From the IMG/VR virus record IMGVR_UViG_3300030329_003281, positions 1 through 54,487 of that record: DNA of 54,487 nucleotides. One strand, given 5' to 3'. The position numbers were made by a program, and so were the translations under genes. The DNA is from a virus. Taxonomy: Duplodnaviria; Caudoviricetes. Each line of letters begins with the position of its first letter. Position 1 is the first letter of the stretch. The notes beneath the pieces are model-generated. The model was not told where the DNA came from. It did not search any database and was given only the letters and a program-made list of their open reading frames with translations. Of the stretch, positions 48,795-54,487 are shown in pieces.

Positions 48795-48824
48795 AGGGGG
48801 CGCAGTTTGCGCCCCCTTTTTTTT
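48795..48824 (+). terminator. rho-independent terminator after gp23
   Basis: AGGGGGCGCA-GTT-TGCGCCCCCT hairpin followed by a run of T. Confidence 0.9.
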
Positions 48825-48880
48825 GTCTAATATATACAATAAGAATGATTAAACATAAGGTGACAAAAAGGATGAGAAAA

Positions 48881-49318
48881 ATGGAATTAGGCAATCCAGT
48901 AATTACTGCATTGGTTGGTTTGGTTATCTTTTATATTGGTTTGAAAATGTTTAGTGGTGGAATGAAATCAATGGGTAATATGGAACATTTACAATTCTTT
49001 ATTGCTAATCCAATGTATATGTTCTTCGGTGGTATTGTTATGACTCTCCTATGGCAATCTTCTTCTTTATCAACAACAGCCATTATCGCTCTTGTTGCAT
49101 CTGGTGCAGTGCCATTACCTGCTGCGATTGCTGCGGTGCTTGGTGCCAACATTGGTACAACTGGTACGATATGGCTTGCAGGACTTTTAGTATCAGATGG
49201 AATGCCAAGGGGCGATACGTTACGAATAGCTATGGCACATACAGGTGTTAATATGTTTATGGCAGCAATGTTACTTCCTTTTGTGCACCATATCGCACGA
49301 TTTTTAGGAAGGTTTTAA
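48881..49318 (+). CDS. Na+/Pi cotransporter family (NptA/SLC34-like), single repeat only
   Basis: LVIFYIGLKMFSGGMK, LWQSSSLST, AVLGANIGTT.T motifs; 145 aa (alternative ATGs at 48845 and 48872). Confidence 0.8.
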   Translation: MELGNPVITALVGLVIFYIGLKMFSGGMKSMGNMEHLQFFIANPMYMFFGGIVMTLLWQSSSLSTTAIIALVASGAVPLPAAIAAVLGANIGTTGTIWLAGLLVSDGMPRGDTLRIAMAHTGVNMFMAAMLLPFVHHIARFLGRF

Positions 49319-49323
49319 AATCA

Positions 49324-49331
49324 TATAAATA
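49324..49331 (+). promoter_or_regulatory. T4-type late promoter TATAAATA
   Basis: Exact consensus 5 nt before the gp3 ATG. Confidence 0.8.
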
Positions 49332-49336
49332 CTAGT

Positions 49337-49921
49337 ATGGCAACAGCAGGAACATTATCAAGACAACCAGATGTTTTGGATTATGCAAGTCCAACACAGT
49401 TTACTTTTGTGATTAATCAATTACCTAAAGTACAGTTCTTTACTACGGCTTGCAATTTGCCCGGCATTACTTTAGGAACAACAACTTTTCCCACCAGATT
49501 TACACAAGTTCCAATTCAAGGCGATAATGTAACATTTGATAGTTTTAGTTTATCTTTTATTGTTGATGAACATCTAGAAAATTATTTGTCTTTACATGAA
49601 TGGATAACTGGTGCTGGGTTTCCAAGATCTACGGAACAATTTCAAACCTTCAGAGATGAAACTTCTGAAACATCAGATTTAGGTTATCAAAAAGCAGGAA
49701 CAAGATCTGGTATGGTTACAAAGTCAGATAGAAATATGACTTCTGATTCAACACTAACAATATTATCTAGCAAAAATAATCCTATTGTTGAAGTCAGATT
49801 TCGTGATATGTTTCCTACTACATTAAGTGCTCTTGATTATGATCAAAGTGCAACAGATATTGATTATCTAAAAGCAAGTGCAACTTTTGAATATCAATTA
49901 TATGAAATTATAAAACTTTAG
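49337..49921 (+). CDS. gp3: tail tube terminator / tail completion protein gp3
   Basis: YASPTQF.F...LPKVQFF...NLPGI.LG; F.VDE.LENY..LHEWI; SD.TLTILSSKNNP; FP..LS.L.Y; synteny gp23-gp3-uvsY-uvsW. Confidence 0.85.
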   Translation: MATAGTLSRQPDVLDYASPTQFTFVINQLPKVQFFTTACNLPGITLGTTTFPTRFTQVPIQGDNVTFDSFSLSFIVDEHLENYLSLHEWITGAGFPRSTEQFQTFRDETSETSDLGYQKAGTRSGMVTKSDRNMTSDSTLTILSSKNNPIVEVRFRDMFPTTLSALDYDQSATDIDYLKASATFEYQLYEIIKL

Positions 49922-49929
49922 GATGATAC

Positions 49930-50367
49930 ATGGACAAATTGAGTGAGCTCGCAGCAGAGTCTAAGCGAGATTTAGATATTGATGACACCTTTGAAAATTT
50001 ACACCAAGAATCATATAAGAACCAAAGAATTCGACCCAAATGGAGTGAGTACAAAGCAAAGTACAAACTTCTAATATTCCAACTGAAAGCTGACCATCGC
50101 AGACTATACTTAAACAAGTGGGAATATTACGCGGGCAAAGCTGACCCGAAAACTTATTCCGAAAAACCGTTTGATATGAAAGTTCTTAAGACAGACCTTG
50201 ATATGTACATCAGTGCAGATGAGGAGATTATCGAAAGTGAAAAGAAAATTGAGTATTACAAGACAATATTAGGACTTGTTGAAGACACTCTAAAAAGTAT
50301 AGAGCAAAGAGGTTGGGATATTAAGAACGCCCAACAACAGCAGATACATTTGGCCGGAGGTTTTTGA
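49930..50367 (+). CDS. uvsY: recombination mediator UvsY
   Basis: D..ID...L..ES; KWEYYAGKA....Y..KPFD.KVLK.D...YI.AD; K.I..RGW.IKNA. Confidence 0.9.
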   Translation: MDKLSELAAESKRDLDIDDTFENLHQESYKNQRIRPKWSEYKAKYKLLIFQLKADHRRLYLNKWEYYAGKADPKTYSEKPFDMKVLKTDLDMYISADEEIIESEKKIEYYKTILGLVEDTLKSIEQRGWDIKNAQQQQIHLAGGF

Positions 50368-50978
50368 TGAATGATTTTGATGTGAAAGTTGATGAGTATA
50401 GTTGTTTCCCCACAATGATTTACAAGTTTGAAGCAGACTTGTCTGATTATTATGATGATATGTTAGAATACATTAAGATACAACCGATGGAACTGGATGG
50501 TATGATTCAGACCAAAGATGATTTATATGCTTTGGAAACATTCGGTCCACTAGTAGAAGTTGTTCGTCATACTACAGGAAACATTCTCAAAAATCTACAA
50601 TATGATGATTACAAAGAAATTGAAATCACGAGCATGTGGGGTAACCATATGCAAGAGGGTAGAGCACATCCACCACATACACATTCTAATAATGTTATGT
50701 CTGGTGTGTATTACATTGAAAGTTCAAAAGATGCAGCTCCCATACAATTCTTTGATCCCAAATCACAAGCAAATGTGTTGAAGCCAAAAGGAGTTGCGAC
50801 CTGGCAAAATTCTTCTATGTTGCAGTTTAACTCTGATGTTGGAACAGGATTAGTTTTTCCTTCATGGTTACAACATTGGGTTCCTCCTACTTCAGCAGCA
50901 AGAACAAGCATCTCTTGGAATTGCATCATTAGAGGTGACTATGGTTCCAGAGAAGAATACCAGTATGCTTATTTCTAA
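50364..50978 (+). CDS. 2OG-Fe(II) oxygenase (TIGR02466-like)
   Basis: FPT.IY; MWGN; HPPHTHSNNVMSGVYY; FFDP; FPSWLQHWV; RTSISWN. Confidence 0.88.
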   Translation: MMNDFDVKVDEYSCFPTMIYKFEADLSDYYDDMLEYIKIQPMELDGMIQTKDDLYALETFGPLVEVVRHTTGNILKNLQYDDYKEIEITSMWGNHMQEGRAHPPHTHSNNVMSGVYYIESSKDAAPIQFFDPKSQANVLKPKGVATWQNSSMLQFNSDVGTGLVFPSWLQHWVPPTSAARTSISWNCIIRGDYGSREEYQYAYF

Positions 50979-52431
50979 GAAGGATGAAGTACATCTCGTA
51001 TTATCAGATGTAGAACCATCTATCGCAGCAGAACTAAGCGATTTCTTTACGTTCGAAGTTCCCGGCTTCAAATTTATGCCTGCATATCGTAGTCGTATGT
51101 GGGATGGTAAAATTCGTTTATTCAATATTCATACAGGAGAAATTTATGTTGGACTTTTACCTTACATAGAAGAGTATCTGCAAAACTCAAATGTAAAGTT
51201 TGAACTTGAAAAAGGTGTGGTAAGTAAAAGGTCTATCTCAAGAAAAAATGTTGAGGGTTTTGTAGAATCACTAAAACCTACTCTTGGTGGTAAAAGAATC
51301 TCACTAAGAGATTATCAAGTTGATGCGGTTGCACATGCGATTGCATCAAACCGAGCTCTTCTCATTTCACCTACTGCATCTGGTAAGTCACTTATCATAT
51401 ATTCTCTTGTTCGTTACTATCACTTCAAGAAACTGAAAACACTTATATTGGTTCCTACTACTTCACTAGTAGAACAAATGTACAAAGACTTTGAGGATTA
51501 TGGTTGGGATTCAGAAACCTATTGTCAAAAAATTTATCAGGGGCATGACAGAAACATAACCAAGGATGTAGTTATATCAACATGGCAATCATTGCATAGA
51601 ATGCCACCAAGATATTTTAAACAGTTTGGTTGTGTGATAGGTGATGAAGCTCATTTGTTCAAAGCAAAGTCTCTCACTGGTATCATGACTAAACTAAACA
51701 AATGCAAATATAGGTTTGGTCTAACAGGAACTCTGGATGATACTCAAACACATCGTCTCGTTCTAGAAGGATTGTTTGGAAAATCTAAATATGTTATAAC
51801 AACCAAAGACCTTATTGATAATAAGACATTAGCCAATTTAGAAATCAATTGCATTGTATTAGAACATTCAGGTGAAGACAGCCAAACAATAAGAGATTAT
51901 GATTATGCACAAGAACTGGAATTTATCGTCACAAAACCTGAAAGGAATGACTTTCTTGTTAATCTTATGGGGCATTTTAATGGAAATACACTATGCCTTT
52001 TTCTATTTGTAGAAAAACATGGTCAAGTTTTGTATGATTTATTATTAGATAAATATAAAGACAGACCAATATTTTTTGTATACGGCGGCGTCAATACAGA
52101 AACAAGAGAAGAAATTCGGGAGATAATTGAAAATGAAAAAAATGCAATCATTGTTGCGAGCTATGGCACCTTTAGCACTGGTATCAACATTCGTAATATC
52201 CACAACATCGTGTTCTCTTCACCGTCCAAGTCTAAAATCAGAGTCTTGCAGTCCATCGGAAGAGGCCTGCGAAAGACTGACACTAAAAGTACCATTCGAT
52301 TATACGATGTTGCCGACAACCTCAACAACACTGATACTAAAATCAATTTTTCTTTAAGACATTTTTACGAACGCCTTAAGATATACAAGAGCCAACAATT
52401 CAACTATAAAGTCAACAGGATCAAACTATGA
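50965..52431 (+). CDS. uvsW: SF2 DNA helicase UvsW
   Basis: FTFEVPGFKFMP.YR...WDGKIRLF; RDYQ; SPTASGKS; VPTTSLVEQM; GDEAH; GLTGT; GTFSTGINI; LQSIGRGLR. Confidence 0.97.
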   Translation: MLISKKDEVHLVLSDVEPSIAAELSDFFTFEVPGFKFMPAYRSRMWDGKIRLFNIHTGEIYVGLLPYIEEYLQNSNVKFELEKGVVSKRSISRKNVEGFVESLKPTLGGKRISLRDYQVDAVAHAIASNRALLISPTASGKSLIIYSLVRYYHFKKLKTLILVPTTSLVEQMYKDFEDYGWDSETYCQKIYQGHDRNITKDVVISTWQSLHRMPPRYFKQFGCVIGDEAHLFKAKSLTGIMTKLNKCKYRFGLTGTLDDTQTHRLVLEGLFGKSKYVITTKDLIDNKTLANLEINCIVLEHSGEDSQTIRDYDYAQELEFIVTKPERNDFLVNLMGHFNGNTLCLFLFVEKHGQVLYDLLLDKYKDRPIFFVYGGVNTETREEIREIIENEKNAIIVASYGTFSTGINIRNIHNIVFSSPSKSKIRVLQSIGRGLRKTDTKSTIRLYDVADNLNNTDTKINFSLRHFYERLKIYKSQQFNYKVNRIKL

Positions 52432-52865
52432 AAGAATCAGTTACAATTCTGAAATTGACTAACGGCGAAAGTATTATTGGTAAAATAGTAGAATCTGAAG
52501 ATTTTTTTAACGATACACAAAGAACTATACATGTATCTTTGCCACTAAAATTTATGATTATGCCTAAGATGACAGAAACAGGATTTGCTGAAGCACTCAG
52601 TCTTTCGCCTTGGGTACATCCATTAACAAATAGTGAATATATTGATATCAATTCTCGTAATATTGTAATGTCAGTGCCAGCTTCTCCAGACCTTGCAAAA
52701 TATTACAGCCATTGTGTTAATCAATTTAACTTTTCAACCCAAACAAACTTCGTTGAAGAAATAGAACCTACAGATGAAGAGTTGAATGAAATTGAAGAAG
52801 AAGAATTAACAGAGAATTTAGATATATTAATGAAACACTTTAAAACAGATAAAACTATTCATTAA
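52428..52865 (+). CDS. conserved Sm-like-fold protein found between uvsW and gp55
   Basis: ILKLTNGESIIG...L.PW...; acidic C-terminus; ATGA overlap; conserved position in marine T4-like phages. Confidence 0.6.
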   Translation: MKESVTILKLTNGESIIGKIVESEDFFNDTQRTIHVSLPLKFMIMPKMTETGFAEALSLSPWVHPLTNSEYIDINSRNIVMSVPASPDLAKYYSHCVNQFNFSTQTNFVEEIEPTDEELNEIEEEELTENLDILMKHFKTDKTIH

Positions 52866-52881
52866 CCGCCCCACATAGGCT

Positions 52882-52910
52882 ATTATAGGTGTTGTGTTAT
52901 CCTTTGTCAA
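52882..52910 (-). promoter_or_regulatory. perfect sigma70 consensus promoter on the minus strand
   Basis: Reverse complement gives TTGACA (52910-52905), a 17-nt spacer and TATAAT (52887-52882). Confidence 0.65.
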
Positions 52911-52924
52911 GTCTTTTTATTATA

Positions 52925-52953
52925 TTGACATACTAATATTTTTGTGGTATGAT
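52925..52953 (+). promoter_or_regulatory. sigma70-type promoter for gp55-gp47
   Basis: TTGACA 52925-52930, 17-nt spacer ending TGG (extended -10), TATGAT 52948-52953. Confidence 0.8.
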
Positions 52954-52975
52954 GTGTTATCAAAGGAGATAAAAG

Positions 52976-53512
52976 GTGACAAAGAAAAAAAGTGTACATT
53001 ATGTAGACAATAAAAAATTTCTTCAGGCCATGGTAGAATGGAAGGAGAAATGTAAAGATGCTGATGAGGAAGGTGATCCCACGCCACCGTTAACAAATTA
53101 TATCGGTGAGTGTTTTCTGAAGATTGCAACACATCTATCTTATAGGCCAAACTTCATTAACTATTCATATCGTGATGAGATGATATCTGATGGTATCCAA
53201 AATTGTTTGCAGTATGCGTATAATTTTGATCCAGAAAAATCTAAAAATCCATTTGCATATTTTACACAAATAATTTACTATGCATTTCTTAGACGTATAA
53301 CCGCTGAAAAGAAACAAGTGCATATTAAAAATAAAATGATTGAAAAGCAAAGTTATGAACCTTTTATAACAATGGAAGGTGATGACACTGTATATAGTAT
53401 TGATGAAACATTAATTAACAATATGATACCAGATGAAGACGTATATAAACCTAAAAAGAAAGAAGTTAAATCAACTAAAGGATTAGAAGCTTTCATGGAG
53501 AAAGACTCTTGA
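52976..53512 (+). CDS. gp55: late transcription sigma factor gp55
   Basis: HYVDNKKFL; YIGECFLKIATHLSYRPNFINYSYRDEMISDGIQNCLQY..NFDPEKSKNPFAYFTQIIYYAFLRRI..EKKQ. Confidence 0.97.
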   Translation: MTKKKSVHYVDNKKFLQAMVEWKEKCKDADEEGDPTPPLTNYIGECFLKIATHLSYRPNFINYSYRDEMISDGIQNCLQYAYNFDPEKSKNPFAYFTQIIYYAFLRRITAEKKQVHIKNKMIEKQSYEPFITMEGDDTVYSIDETLINNMIPDEDVYKPKKKEVKSTKGLEAFMEKDS

Positions 53513-54487
53513 AAATTGCATTAATTACGGACACTCACTTCGGTGCACGTAATGATAGTCTTGCATTTAATGATTACTTCTTTGAGTTCTATGAAAAAAT
53601 TTTCTTTCCTTATCTCAGAGACAACAACATAACCACTGTTGTTCATCTCGGTGATGTGATGGACAGAAGAAAGTTTGTATCATATAGAATCGCCAAGGAT
53701 TTTCGTGAAAGGTTTATAGATCAATTTGCGGGAATTGATTTTCATATGCTTGTTGGAAATCACGATACCTATTATAAAAATACAAACGAAGTTAATTCTC
53801 TGCAAGAACTGGTGGATGGCAAACACAGTAATATTACGGTATATCCAGAAACTACAGAAGTAGAATTTGATGGATGTAAAATATTATTTGTGCCTTGGAT
53901 TAATAATGAGAATATGTCTAGCACCATGAAGATGTTAAAAACATCCACTGCACAGATCTGTATGGGCCATTTGGAGTTGAATGGTTTTGAAATGCAGAAA
54001 GGTTTTGTTATGGATCATGGTTGGAACAAGGAAAGGTTTAGTCGTTTTGATATGGTCATGAGTGGTCATTATCATCACAAGTCTGATGATGGCCAGATAT
54101 ATTATCTTGGCACACCATATGAAATCTATTGGAATGACTGGGGCGACCCAAAAGGATTTCATGTGTTTGACACAAGCACAAGACAACTAGAACGTATCGT
54201 AAATCCCTTGACAATATACTCCAAAATATATTATGATGATAGTTTAGAGATGAATCATGACATGACACAATACAAGGACAAGTATGTCAAGTTGATTGTG
54301 GTCAACAAGAAAGACCTTTATCAGTTTGATAAGTTTGTTGATAAACTCTTACAGGCTGATTGTCACGAGGTTAAGATTGTAGAAGACTTTTCAGAGTTAG
54401 ATGCGAACAATGTGTCGGATGATATTGTTGAGAACACTGAGGACACTATGACACTGCTTGAGCGGTATATTGACGAGCTAGATGTGA
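53509..54487 (+). CDS. gp47: recombination endonuclease subunit gp47 (Mre11/SbcD-like), runs off the window end
   Basis: Not in the ORF track. TTG start overlaps the gp55 stop; hand translation gives KIALITDTHFGARND...HLGDVMDRRK...VGNHDTYYKNTN...GHLELNGF...SGHYHHKS. Confidence 0.95.
   Translation, partial: MKIALITDTHFGARNDSLAFNDYFFEFYEKIFFPYLRDNNITTVVHLGDVMDRRKFVSYRIAKDFRERFIDQFAGIDFHMLVGNHDTYYKNTNEVNSLQELVDGKHSNITVYPETTEVEFDGCKILFVPWINNENMSSTMKMLKTSTAQICMGHLELNGFEMQKGFVMDHGWNKERFSRFDMVMSGHYHHKSDDGQIYYLGTPYEIYWNDWGDPKGFHVFDTSTRQLERIVNPLTIYSKIYYDDSLEMNHDMTQYKDKYVKLIVVNKKDLYQFDKFVDKLLQADCHEVKIVEDFSELDANNVSDDIVENTEDTMTLLERYIDELDV

Noticed and set aside
48785-48880. N-terminal extension of the Na/Pi transporter from 48785
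   Set aside because: It runs through the gp23 terminator hairpin, so a downstream ATG is more plausible.
53935-54268. Two short minus-strand ORFs at the right end
   Set aside because: They are antisense to the clearly recognisable gp47 reading frame.

Overview
This window is part of a T4-like myovirus genome, probably from an aquatic phage related in gene content to marine T4-like cyanophages and pelagiphages; the usg-like gene and the capsid codon usage tentatively suggest an alphaproteobacterial host. Nearly all real genes are on the + strand. From left to right it contains: (1) small accessory genes (HAD nucleotidase, an ArfA-like peptide missing from the ORF track, tRNA-Arg(UCU), HEXXH peptidase, methyltransferase, 2OG-Fe(II) oxygenase); (2) a baseplate module with gp5 split into separate genes and a Cys/His peptidase domain where T4 has lysozyme, followed by gp25, gp6, gp7, a gp9/10-like gene, gp8, a VrlC-like protein and fibre-like proteins; (3) a tightly coupled tailoring-enzyme cluster behind its own late promoter (2 glycosyltransferases, a methyltransferase-like protein, 2 Asp/Asn beta-hydroxylase-type dioxygenases, a GNAT); (4) neck, terminase, sheath, tube, portal and head genes (gp13-gp23), with a PP-loop enzyme inserted between gp16 and gp17; (5) a half-size Na/Pi cotransporter, gp3, uvsY, uvsW, gp55 and a truncated gp47. 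The best candidate for an undescribed system is the late enzyme cluster together with an Asp-rich 'LDGTDxxxxDAGD' motif shared by several unrelated virion proteins, which may represent post-translational decoration of the virion. All family calls come from recognising motifs and synteny by eye; no database search was run.
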